Source: an uncultured Alphaproteobacteria bacterium
GTDB taxonomy: Bacteria > Pseudomonadota > Alphaproteobacteria > RF32 > CAG-239
Assembly: GCA_944392155.1 (NCBI GenBank)
Contig: CALXVR010000002.1
Span: forward strand, 23,748-87,747
DNA: 64,000 nt
Reading direction: 5' to 3'
Part shown: piece by piece, positions 46,770-55,032 of the stretch
How positions within the stretch are numbered: position 1 is the stretch's first letter
Layout of the letters: every line of letters starts with the position of its first letter
Position numbers and translations under genes: made by a program
Notes under the pieces: generated by a model
The model's input: the letters and a program-made list of their open reading frames with translations, nothing else
Told to the model about the DNA's origin: nothing
The model's database searches: none

Positions 46770-46785
46770 TTTTGTCTAGACAAAA
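46770..46785. promoter_or_regulatory. Perfect 16-bp palindrome TTTTGTCTAGACAAAA
   Basis: It lies in the divergent intergenic region between nifJ and ORF 46873..47442. Confidence 0.3.
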
Positions 46786-46872
46786 GCCTTTCGTTGTGGT
46801 ATGAAAAGAGCTTAAGTGATGATTATTGTGGGATGGGATATAGAATTATTGTTTAACTTAAAAATAAAAAAC

Positions 46873-47442
46873 ATGTATTTAGATTTAGTTATTGTAATTG
46901 CCGTACTGGCAGTATTGGCAATTTGGTGGATTTTGGGCTTGTTAAAGCGCAAAAAAACATCTGAAAAAGAAGATGTCGGTGGTCTTGAACCTTTGACGGA
47001 AGAACAAATTGAACAGCTTAACCGGCAACAAGCTTCCAAGCGGATTGTGTTAACACAAGAACCGCAAGAAGAAAAAGTTGAGGCAGCAGCTGATTTTCTG
47101 AAGTCTGAAGAGAAAACAGAACCTAAGCCAGAACCTGCTTCTACGCCGAAAAAGAAAGCTCTTGCACCGCAAGAGTTAAGTGGTGTGGCTTTGTGGAACT
47201 GGTGGGTTGCCGGCACGGGAGATTATCGTCTTTCTCAAGAAGCAATAGCTTCCGTAGCGGCGATCTTAACTTCGGAACAGGCGCGAGAACTTTGTGAAAA
47301 ATACAAAAGCCAGCATCCGCAGTTGTTCAACGGTATCTGCGTTTATGCCGATTGGTATGATAGATCTGAGCCAGCGGCAAAGATTATTGGCTTGAGAATG
47401 TTTGTGTTGATGAAACGCGGTGGATTTATTCATCGCAAGTAA
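46873..47442 (+). CDS. Hypothetical N-terminally anchored protein
   Basis: About 189 aa from the ATG at 46873, with a TM helix (MYLDLVIVIAVLAVLAIWWILGLL) and an E/K/P-rich linker. Confidence 0.5.
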   Translation: MYLDLVIVIAVLAVLAIWWILGLLKRKKTSEKEDVGGLEPLTEEQIEQLNRQQASKRIVLTQEPQEEKVEAAADFLKSEEKTEPKPEPASTPKKKALAPQELSGVALWNWWVAGTGDYRLSQEAIASVAAILTSEQARELCEKYKSQHPQLFNGICVYADWYDRSEPAAKIIGLRMFVLMKRGGFIHRK

Positions 47443-47463
47443 TAACTAAATAATTTTATTTTT

Positions 47464-48048
47464 ATGAAAAAATTTGAAACTGTCCTGATGATGGCCAATG
47501 CGTTGTCTAAGGAGGATTACGGTGTTATTTGTGAAAAAAACTTAACCCAGTTAGAGGCGGAGTTGTCTGAATTTTCTCATTTGATTGGCGGGGGAGAGTA
47601 TCGTGTATTCACGGCAAAAGATGGTTTCCAACGTTGCCTGGATGAAAATTTGGATTTCTTTTTGGCATTGGCGGTGATTGCAAGAGAAATGCCGTCCTTG
47701 CTGAAGCATGATGACCTCAAGGATTTGATGTGCCACATGTATAAGTCTCCGGTCTTTTTCCAAGGTGAAATCAAGGTTCTTGAAGCCTGCGGTGCACCGG
47801 CGGAGTTTATAGCAATGTATGCCGATATCCACATTGAGGAGCCTGAGGTTAGAAAGTGGTGTAAAGCGAACATTGTGTCCTGTGATAAGGACTCTTTGTT
47901 TGAGGCTATGAAAGAAAAAATGCCTCTGATGGACGGCGATTTGGTTAATCTATGCAAGCCTTTTTACAAGGTTTGGATATTTTGCCTGACTTTCTTCCTG
48001 TTGGGACTGCTTGTCGGCGGTTTCTTGGCATGGCTGAGCATAGTTTAA
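47464..48048 (+). CDS. Hypothetical protein with C-terminal TM helix
   Basis: 194-aa ORF with no recognised motif. Confidence 0.5.
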   Translation: MKKFETVLMMANALSKEDYGVICEKNLTQLEAELSEFSHLIGGGEYRVFTAKDGFQRCLDENLDFFLALAVIAREMPSLLKHDDLKDLMCHMYKSPVFFQGEIKVLEACGAPAEFIAMYADIHIEEPEVRKWCKANIVSCDKDSLFEAMKEKMPLMDGDLVNLCKPFYKVWIFCLTFFLLGLLVGGFLAWLSIV

Positions 48049-48061
48049 CTAAGAAATGACG

Positions 48062-48100
48062 AAAGAGAGGGAAAGCCTTTAAGGTTTTCTCTCTTTTTTT
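48062..48100 (+). terminator. Rho-independent terminator
   Basis: AAAGAGAGGGAAAGCC-TTTAA-GGTTTTCTCTCTTT followed by a T-run. Confidence 0.6.
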
Positions 48101-48190
48101 GTATAAGGCAGCTAAAAGGCTTGCAGTTTGTGCGGTTTGTTTTATATTAAAAAACATAAGTTAGGACTATTTTTAGCAAAGTGTGGAATT

Positions 48191-48484
48191 ATGAAAAAAT
48201 ATCTGATGATGTTGGCGGTTTTGAGCGGACTTTCTGCTTGCACGAGTTTGGCTCCTTTTCCAGAGGAAGACAAAACACCTCTGACCCCGCAGGGCAAACT
48301 TAATGCTTGCATTTTGGAACAGGCACGCCAAAAAGCGGTTTTGCCAGAGACATTCAGCGATGTTGATTTGGCCGCTAATCAGGTGGCGAATTATTGCATT
48401 CGCAGTTTGGATATGTTGGACAGCGGTTTGTATCGCCAATCGGTGATTAATGCCACAGCCATCATCAATTCTTATAATCAGTAA
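48191..48484 (+). CDS. Small lipoprotein
   Basis: 97 aa from the ATG at 48191, with the lipobox LSGLSAC. Confidence 0.6.
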   Translation: MKKYLMMLAVLSGLSACTSLAPFPEEDKTPLTPQGKLNACILEQARQKAVLPETFSDVDLAANQVANYCIRSLDMLDSGLYRQSVINATAIINSYNQ

Positions 48485-48498
48485 GCGGGCGAGGGGAA

Positions 48499-49320
48499 TT
48501 GTCAGTGTCGCCGATTGCAGATAATAAAAGTTATGAGCTTTATAACGGAGATTGTTTTGAGGTTCTTAAGCAGTTTCCGGAAGAAACTTTTGATATGATT
48601 TTTGCCGACCCGCCTTATATGCTCTCAAAAACCGGCAAAACTTGTTATAACGGCAAGTTGGTTAAGCTGGACAAAGGGGCTTGGGATGAAAGTCGCGGGA
48701 TTGCCGAAGATTTTGAGTTTCATAAACAATGGTTGGCGCTTTGCAAAAAGCTATTGAAACCTAACGGGACTTTGTGGGTTTCGGGCACTTATCACAGCAT
48801 TTTTTCCTGCGGTTATGCGATGTTGTTGCTCGGTTACCATGTTTTGAATAATATTGCTTGGTTTAAGCCTAATGCAACGCCGAATTTGTCCTGCAAATAT
48901 TTCACGGCCAGCCATGAGAGTTTGGTTTGGGCAAGAAAAGATAAAAAAGCCAAGCATTATTTTAATTATGATGCGATGAAAAACGGCGATTTTCCGCAAG
49001 ATTTTATTAAAAAACCGCATACACAAATGCGCACGGTTTGGGCTATTCCCACAACGCAGATGAGCGAAAAAACTTTCGGCAAACACCCGACCCAAAAGCC
49101 TTTGGCTTTGTTGGAGCGGATTATTACGGCTTCTACCCATGAAAATGATTTGATTCTAGATCCGTTTATGGGAAGCGGTACGACCGGTGTGGCAGCACTA
49201 AAACTTAAACGGCGTTTTGTCGGGGTAGAGCTTAATCCGCAATATTATGACTTGGCCGGCAAAAGAATCGCCAATGTTCTGGATGTTAAGCAATCAGACC
49301 TTTTTACCCGCGAGGGGTAG
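48499..49320 (+). CDS. Orphan beta-class N6-adenine DNA methyltransferase (CcrM/M.HinfI family)
   Basis: 273 aa with a TTG start after GAGGGG. It has DPPY (FADPPYML) and the SAM motif DPFMGSGTTG. It is collinear with my recollection of the Caulobacter CcrM catalytic region but lacks the ~80-aa C-terminal extension. No endonuclease gene is adjacent. Confidence 0.8.
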   Translation: MSVSPIADNKSYELYNGDCFEVLKQFPEETFDMIFADPPYMLSKTGKTCYNGKLVKLDKGAWDESRGIAEDFEFHKQWLALCKKLLKPNGTLWVSGTYHSIFSCGYAMLLLGYHVLNNIAWFKPNATPNLSCKYFTASHESLVWARKDKKAKHYFNYDAMKNGDFPQDFIKKPHTQMRTVWAIPTTQMSEKTFGKHPTQKPLALLERIITASTHENDLILDPFMGSGTTGVAALKLKRRFVGVELNPQYYDLAGKRIANVLDVKQSDLFTREG

Positions 49321-49334
49321 GGTTCTGAATGGTC

Positions 49335-50219
49335 TTATAGCAATACCATATTAATGCCTATGATAATGGCAGTAAATGAGATGAGCTTTTTGATAACTTC
49401 TTGTCTGGTTAAGTTTTCCTTGAAGCTCTTTCCGAAGATTTTATAAAGCACAAACCCTAACAAAAGCGTAAAAATACTCTGTGATGAGCCTATTGATTTT
49501 ACGGCTAATACAGGTAAATGAGCTAAAGCTATTGTTCCAGCTAAAGTTCCGCCTTGATTAAGAAGTTCATTAGATAAAAAGAGTTTGATTCTTTTTTTAT
49601 ACTGTGGAAATGAGCTTACAATATCCGTTCTATATTGAGGTAAAAGTAAAAGAGATAAACAAATTGATGTTGCAAAAATTGACCCCCAAAATAAAACGGT
49701 TACAAAGTCAACACTCTGCAGAGAATATTTGGATAATACCGAAGACAGCGATAATAAAAGAGATACGACCAACATCAAGAAAAATGCAATATTAATTTTT
49801 AATTTCTTGATATCAAAATTAAGCCCAAAAGTGGAAAGTAAAATAATTCCGAAACCGAAATATTGAGTTAGGCTCAGTTTTTCGTTTACGATAAAATAAG
49901 CCAATACCGGAACTGAAATTTTACCTAAAGAAAATAAAGCCACAACAATCGAGGTATCAATATTGCGGAGAGCGTGATAATAGGGGATTTGATAGCAAAC
50001 TTCAATCAAAGCGATGATAAATAATATCGCCAGAATCTCTAAAGAAGGAATAGTCGGTGTTCCGAAGAAAAATAAAAAAGGAATGATAATGATGTTACTG
50101 ATTGTGGCATAAAATACGAGTGAAGGCACTTTCTTAAAAATATTATTAGAAAAATGCGCATCTACGATACAAGATAAAGCGTGTAAAAGCGGTGTTAAAA
50201 AAGCTAGAAGTATATACAT
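49335..50219 (-). CDS. DMT/EamA family transporter
   Basis: 294 aa with ~10 TM helices in two repeats. Confidence 0.7.
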   Translation of the reverse strand: MYILLAFLTPLLHALSCIVDAHFSNNIFKKVPSLVFYATISNIIIIPFLFFFGTPTIPSLEILAILFIIALIEVCYQIPYYHALRNIDTSIVVALFSLGKISVPVLAYFIVNEKLSLTQYFGFGIILLSTFGLNFDIKKLKINIAFFLMLVVSLLLSLSSVLSKYSLQSVDFVTVLFWGSIFATSICLSLLLLPQYRTDIVSSFPQYKKRIKLFLSNELLNQGGTLAGTIALAHLPVLAVKSIGSSQSIFTLLLGFVLYKIFGKSFKENLTRQEVIKKLISFTAIIIGINMVLL

Positions 50220-50364
50220 TTAAAGAATCTCAAAAAAATAAAAACTTTACATAGCATATGCTATTTTGTTTAACGCTTTCTAAACGCTGTCGCTTCTCGC
50301 AAATTAACAAAACTGCACCGTTCGCAACGAAAAGCTCCACCGGAGCTTTTCTATCGGCTCACGC

Positions 50365-50460
50365 CCTCTCGGGTTCGATTCAAGTCTTTATCTTTCCATT
50401 AAAAAACCACCCCTCTTGGGGGTGGTAATTGTGCTAAAAGTAAAGGCGGGTAACGGGAAT
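50365..50460. repeat. Upstream copy of a duplicated segment (62-bp perfect repeat incl. terminator hairpin, plus a 15-nt tRNA-Gly 3' fragment)
   Basis: 50365-50426 is identical to 50598-50659. GCGGGTAACGGGAAT at 50446-50460 equals 50671-50685, which lies inside tRNA-Gly. Confidence 0.85.
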
Positions 50461-50597
50461 ACGTAATGTAAACATTGCTCGTAACAACGGTATCTAAGTT
50501 CGCTTCGGCCGCGGAGACGCGTCCTTGCTTACTAAGATATTCCGTTGCTCTTGCAGAGAAAAAATGTCATTACTTTGACATTTTTTCCTTAGCGAGT

Positions 50598-50685
50598 CCT
50601 CTCGGGTTCGATTCAAGTCTTTATCTTTCCATTAAAAAACCACCCCTCTTGGGGGTGGTTTTTTAATGGAGCGGGTAACGGGAAT
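50598..50685. repeat. Downstream copy of the duplicated segment (adjoins and overlaps the tRNA-Gly 3' end)
   Basis: See 50365-50460. The hairpin CCACCCCTCTTGGGGGTGG with flanking A/T runs acts as the tRNA-Gly terminator. Confidence 0.85.
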
Positions 50686-50740
50686 CGAACCCGCATTAAA
50701 AGCTTGGGAAGCTCTCATTCTACCATTGAATTATACCCGC
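50667..50740 (-). tRNA. tRNA-Gly (CCC)
   Basis: The reverse complement folds by hand. Acceptor is GCGGGTA/TACCCGC, anticodon arm AGAGC-TTCCCAA-GCTTT and T-arm GCGGG-TTCGATT-CCCGT. CCA is encoded. Confidence 0.9.
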
Positions 50741-50843
50741 GGCAGAAACACTGCTACTATAATTCGCTTCTCAAATTAATCAATATATTTTTTTGCTTTT
50801 CTTTAGCGTTTTTTTCTTTATACTCCCCCTTCGGAGGTGCTTT

Positions 50844-51428
50844 ATGCGGAAAGATTTTTATATTTTCAGACATGGCGAAACAGAGCTTAATCGCCAAAGA
50901 CGTTGGCAAGGTTCCGGTATGGATTATGACCTGACTCCGACCGGTGTTGCTCAAGCTCAGCAACTTTTGCTCAAACTCCAAGATAAAAAGCTTGAGGCTA
51001 TTTTCTCCAGTCCGCTTATTCGCGCAAAACATACGGCCGATGTTGTTGCTCAAGCATTGCAAATTCCCGTTATTGTTCGCGAAAATCTTAAAGAATGTTT
51101 TTATGGCGTGGCGGAAGGACAGCTTACAATAGATTTGGCTGATCGTTATCCCGAAATTTTGTCTCATTGGGCGAGCCTTGCCCCGGAATATGATGATATA
51201 TCTTTTCCGCAAGGAGAAAGCAAAAAAACAGCGCGTGAGCGAGTGCTTGCCGAACTCCAAAAGTTAACATCTGAAAAATATGATGTTATGGGGGTGGCTA
51301 TCCATGGTGGAACAATGAGCCAACTCTTAAATTATTTTAATGTTGCTTATGACGCTATCCCAAATTGTGCCACGTTTCATTTGGTCTTTGAAGACGGCAA
51401 ATGGTTTGCACTTGGCGGAATATTTTAG
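50844..51428 (+). CDS. Histidine phosphatase family protein (phosphoglycerate mutase-like)
   Basis: About 194 aa from the ATG at 50844 (GGAGG upstream), with the RHGETELN catalytic motif. Confidence 0.75.
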   Translation: MRKDFYIFRHGETELNRQRRWQGSGMDYDLTPTGVAQAQQLLLKLQDKKLEAIFSSPLIRAKHTADVVAQALQIPVIVRENLKECFYGVAEGQLTIDLADRYPEILSHWASLAPEYDDISFPQGESKKTARERVLAELQKLTSEKYDVMGVAIHGGTMSQLLNYFNVAYDAIPNCATFHLVFEDGKWFALGGIF

Positions 51429-51434
51429 CCTAAA

Positions 51435-52091
51435 TTACATAAAAGACGGTTCAATATGGATGACAACACGGCGGTTGCGAATGCGGTTCTCCGGTATGGG
51501 GTCGCCAAACGGGTCTAGGTTTGGATATTTTGGACTGACATCATTCATTCCGGTTGCGCGCATCCGGACTCTCGCAATGCCTCTTTCTTCCAGAAAACGA
51601 GCTACAGCAGAGGCTCGGGCTGAAGAAAGCTCCCAGTTAGAGGGATATTTTTCGCTGGTTACTTTTTCGTCACTTGTATGTCCTTCAATGCTGAAGACAA
51701 AGTTTTTATAGCGCTCTGATTGTAATGTGGCCGCCATACGCTTGAGTGCCGGTAAAGCAGTGTTTTTTATCTCGGCAGAACCTTTGTTGAAAAGTATATC
51801 TCCGCCAAACTCCAAGACAATACCTTGAGTATCACTGCCAATGGCTACTTTCTTTTCCAAATCTAAAGATTGGATGTCGTCTTTGAGCTCCGTCATAAGC
51901 ATTTCTATCGGACGTTGGATTATTTTTTTGCCTAAACCTTCACTCAAACCGGCTGAAATTTGTTCATATTTTGCAACGTCGGGTTTGGAAACCGAAAGCA
52001 TCATGACAAAAAAGCATAGCAACAAAGTTACTATGTCGCCATAAGTTGACATCCAGTCTTCATCAATCTTTTCTTCCGGTTTCTTTTTCAT
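51435..52091 (-). CDS. motB: Flagellar stator protein MotB (OmpA-like C-terminal domain)
   Basis: 218 aa. The N-terminal plug/TM is WMSTYGDIVTLLLCFFVMM and the C-terminal part is IEGHTSDE...NWELSSARASAVARFL. Confidence 0.75.
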   Translation of the reverse strand: MKKKPEEKIDEDWMSTYGDIVTLLLCFFVMMLSVSKPDVAKYEQISAGLSEGLGKKIIQRPIEMLMTELKDDIQSLDLEKKVAIGSDTQGIVLEFGGDILFNKGSAEIKNTALPALKRMAATLQSERYKNFVFSIEGHTSDEKVTSEKYPSNWELSSARASAVARFLEERGIARVRMRATGMNDVSPKYPNLDPFGDPIPENRIRNRRVVIHIEPSFM

Positions 52092-52099
52092 GTTTTATC

Positions 52100-52915
52100 C
52101 TATCTGCCCGAGTTAAGGTCACGGTCTATGGAGAATTGTTCGTTCAAGCTAACAAAAGAGTTTATTTTGTCTTGAATGTAACGAGGGCTCTTGCGCTCCG
52201 CTAACAAGACCAAACCTTCCATTTGCAAGTTGTTTTTAAACATGGTTACGTCATTGCGCATGCTCATTTTTGTGGCCAACGGAATGAAGATCAGGCGGGC
52301 CAGAATAATACCGTAGAATGTTGTAACCAAAGCAACGGCCATACTTGGGCCAATTGCCGATGGATCCCCCCCCATGCTGCTGAGCATGATAATCAGTCCG
52401 ATCAGCGTACCAAGCATACCAAAAGCAGGAGCGTCGCCGCCCATTTTTTTCAAAGCATCTGTTTCGCGGCGGTCACGCTCGGCTTGAGATTCCATCATAT
52501 GCTCCATAATGGTTTTAATCTCTGCTCCGGTGTAACCGGTTACAACCAAGTCTGCGCCGTATGCTAAAAACGGATTGTTGGCACGAACATCATCGGTAAT
52601 CTCATTTTCAAGACCTTGTAAACCGTTTTTTTGAATGATGTATGCCCAACGCACAATCTGACCGACTTCGTCTTTGAGTGAGATTTCAGAATCTTTATGG
52701 CGTCCAAAGGCTTTGCCCATCAGTTTGATAGCTTTTAAGGCAAGGCTTGTTTCATATGACAAAAACAAAGCAACAAAGGTACCGCCGATAACGATAATCA
52801 TACTCGGGACATCGACAAAGGCCAAAGGTCTGTCCGTGGCGGACAAGATGGAGCCGAGTACAACGCAGATTGCTGCTATAAAACCAAATAATGTTCCTTT
52901 TGACATAATGAGCAT
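52100..52915 (-). CDS. motA: Flagellar stator protein MotA/PomA family
   Basis: 271 aa, a MotA/TolQ/ExbB-type channel with a cytoplasmic loop between TM2 and TM3. It is paired with motB. Confidence 0.75.
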   Translation of the reverse strand: MLIMSKGTLFGFIAAICVVLGSILSATDRPLAFVDVPSMIIVIGGTFVALFLSYETSLALKAIKLMGKAFGRHKDSEISLKDEVGQIVRWAYIIQKNGLQGLENEITDDVRANNPFLAYGADLVVTGYTGAEIKTIMEHMMESQAERDRRETDALKKMGGDAPAFGMLGTLIGLIIMLSSMGGDPSAIGPSMAVALVTTFYGIILARLIFIPLATKMSMRNDVTMFKNNLQMEGLVLLAERKSPRYIQDKINSFVSLNEQFSIDRDLNSGR

Positions 52916-52936
52916 CGTCCTTATATTGATAAATAA

Positions 52937-53431
52937 TTATTTCTTGCCGGGTTTTACATAGGCAATGTTGGCATGTTCCTCACAATAGGTTTGACCTATT
53001 TTGACTTTTCTACCGCAAAAATGGAAATTTTCGTCTTTGGGGTCCCCGATAGGCCAACGGCATGTGTGGTTGTCTAGGTCTGTCAGCATGGTTTTTCCTG
53101 AGGGCTTGACTTGGATCTTTGGTTCAGGAACCGATATGGGGGCCGAAACCTCAACGACAACCTCTTCTTCTTTTGCCGGAGCTTTTTCTTCTTTGGGTTT
53201 GTTTATTTGCGGAGCAGGTTTTTCTGCCTTGGCTGCTTTAGGTGTTGTGTTTTCTTCAGCAGGGGCATTTTTCTTTTTAATCGGTGACGGACGACCGGAA
53301 AGCTGAAGACGGTGCACTTTACCTACGATGGAGTTTTTGGAAACACCGAGGCGTTTGCCTATTTCGCCGGTGGTTAAGCCTTCCTCCCACATCCGCTTCA
53401 GGTCTTCAACCATTTGATCTGTCCATGCCAT
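52937..53431 (-). CDS. gcrA: Cell-cycle transcriptional regulator GcrA
   Basis: 164 aa. The N-terminus MAWTDQMVEDLKRMWEEGLTTGEIGKRLGVSKNSIVGKVHRL and the C-terminus CRWPIGDP...FHFCG...YCEEH are hallmark GcrA segments. Confidence 0.85.
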   Translation of the reverse strand: MAWTDQMVEDLKRMWEEGLTTGEIGKRLGVSKNSIVGKVHRLQLSGRPSPIKKKNAPAEENTTPKAAKAEKPAPQINKPKEEKAPAKEEEVVVEVSAPISVPEPKIQVKPSGKTMLTDLDNHTCRWPIGDPKDENFHFCGRKVKIGQTYCEEHANIAYVKPGKK

Positions 53432-53586
53432 GTTTTTATCTCCTTAAAACTTTAGCTTTACTCAATATATATCCCGATATTATGAAAATATTGTTACCGA
53501 GTCTAGCAATATTAACATTTTATCACTTTTTTTTTGCAAATTTATGGGTTATATTGGTCAAAAATTATGTTGTAAGGGGTTATTAA

Positions 53587-55032
53587 ATGCAAAAAAAGTT
53601 TGTTAATGTCTTGTTCTTAAGTGTTTCTTTGAGTGTTCTTTCTTCCTCAATTGTTTGTGCCGAAAACAATAAAATTGTACTGGATGCCGAAAAAACTGTG
53701 AATATGGCAATCAGTATTTATAACAATGGTATGGGTTTTGTTCGAGATACGCGAGAGGCAGAACTTGAAAGAGGCAGCAACTTCGTTTCTTTTAGCGGAG
53801 TGGCTGAACAGATTAATCCTGAAAGTGCAATGCTCTCGGGTGAGGGGGTTAGCGTTAAGGAACAAAACTATAATTATAATCTTTTAACGCCTTACAGCAT
53901 TGTTGATAATTCTGTCGGAGAAACAGTTAAAACCGTTCGATATGATGAGAAAACAGGACGGGAGATTTTTTCTCAGGCAAAGATTATCGATAGTGTTAAC
54001 GGCAGACCGATTTTGCAATTTGACTATGGTATCGAGACTGATTTTCCGGGGCGGATTGTTTATAATAAACTTCCTGAAAATTTGACATCTCAACCCTCTT
54101 TGAATGTTCGTTTGAAGAATAAAACTCCGGGAAAGAAAAAATTGGAGTTGGCTTATTTGACCAACGGAATCAGATGGAATGCAGCATATGTTGCGGAAGT
54201 CGGAAAAGATAATGTTATGAGCCTTAACGGTTGGGTTACAATTGATAATAAATCCGGTGCGGATTTTGAAAATGCTTCCGTACAGCTTGTGTCAGGAAAT
54301 GTTAACACCGTGCAAGCTGTTGTTATGCCCAGAATGTATGCCGCACCCATGAAAGCACTGGCATCTGATGCCGTGATGGCTGAAAACGCAATGGGTGGTG
54401 TTGTTCCCGAAGCATTGGGAGATTATTATCTGTATGAGCTGCCTAAACGTGTAGATGTTAAAAATAACCAAGCTAAGCAAATTAGTTTGTTTGCAAAAGA
54501 AAATGTGCGCTTTGAACGTGTTTACAGAGCAAGGTCTTCTTTGTATGCAGGTTTGAACTTGCGTGAGAATGAGTTTGAAAATGCGCATCCGGAAGTAGTG
54601 TTTAAGTTGACAAATTCGGAGGCTAATGGTTTGGGTCTGCCTTTGCCGCAAGGTATTGCCCGTTTTTATGAAAAAGACGTAAAAGGGAATATGTTGTTTG
54701 TCGGGGAAAGCGAATTTCCTCAGCTTGCCAAAGGGGGAAAAGCTGAACTTGTCTCCGGAAAATCTTTTGATGTGGCGCTTAGCGGAAAACTTCGCAATGT
54801 TATAAAATTGAGTAAAGAAAGTTCGGAAGCGGATTTTGAAATAACCTTTAAAAATGCTAAAAACGAATCGGTAAAGGTAGAGTTTGAACAAGCATTTAAC
54901 GGTAATTGGGAAATCGTTTCGGAAAGCCAAGCCAGCGAGAAGAAAAATGCTTCAACAGCCTTGTGGCGTGTTGAAATTCCGGCAAACGGCGAAAAGGTTT
55001 TGACATTTAAAAGCAGAATTACGGCATTATGA
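53587..55032 (+). CDS. Secreted DUF4139-like protein
   Basis: 481 aa with a signal peptide. LAYLTNGIRWNAAYV and the overall all-beta pattern resemble DUF4139 (TIGR02231-type) proteins. Confidence 0.5.
   Translation: MQKKFVNVLFLSVSLSVLSSSIVCAENNKIVLDAEKTVNMAISIYNNGMGFVRDTREAELERGSNFVSFSGVAEQINPESAMLSGEGVSVKEQNYNYNLLTPYSIVDNSVGETVKTVRYDEKTGREIFSQAKIIDSVNGRPILQFDYGIETDFPGRIVYNKLPENLTSQPSLNVRLKNKTPGKKKLELAYLTNGIRWNAAYVAEVGKDNVMSLNGWVTIDNKSGADFENASVQLVSGNVNTVQAVVMPRMYAAPMKALASDAVMAENAMGGVVPEALGDYYLYELPKRVDVKNNQAKQISLFAKENVRFERVYRARSSLYAGLNLRENEFENAHPEVVFKLTNSEANGLGLPLPQGIARFYEKDVKGNMLFVGESEFPQLAKGGKAELVSGKSFDVALSGKLRNVIKLSKESSEADFEITFKNAKNESVKVEFEQAFNGNWEIVSESQASEKKNASTALWRVEIPANGEKVLTFKSRITAL

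Noticed and set aside
50230-50666. Possible permuted (two-piece) alphaproteobacterial tmRNA gene, suggested by GGTTCGATTC T-loop-like strings and terminator hairpins next to tRNA-Gly.
   Set aside because: I translated all frames on both strands by hand and found no ANDN...(L/V)AA-type tag reading frame. The GGTTCGATTC strings lack a pairable T-stem, and no acceptor-stem/CCA partner is evident. The strings are better explained as part of the duplicated segment. An Infernal search would settle it.
51435-52915. MotA/MotB-like pair as a Zorya-type (ZorAB) defence stator.
   Set aside because: The sizes (271 and 218 aa) and motifs fit ordinary flagellar stators. ZorA-type proteins are much longer with extended tails, no ZorC/D-like genes are adjacent, and flagellar export genes are present in the window.
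53499-53503. GAGTC (GANTC) methylation site in the gcrA promoter region.
   Set aside because: A single degenerate 5-mer is expected about every few hundred bp by chance. There is no evidence it is regulatory.
54292-54930. 212-aa minus-strand ORF antisense to the DUF4139-like gene.
   Set aside because: It is a shadow ORF. The plus-strand frame has a signal peptide and family-like motifs.
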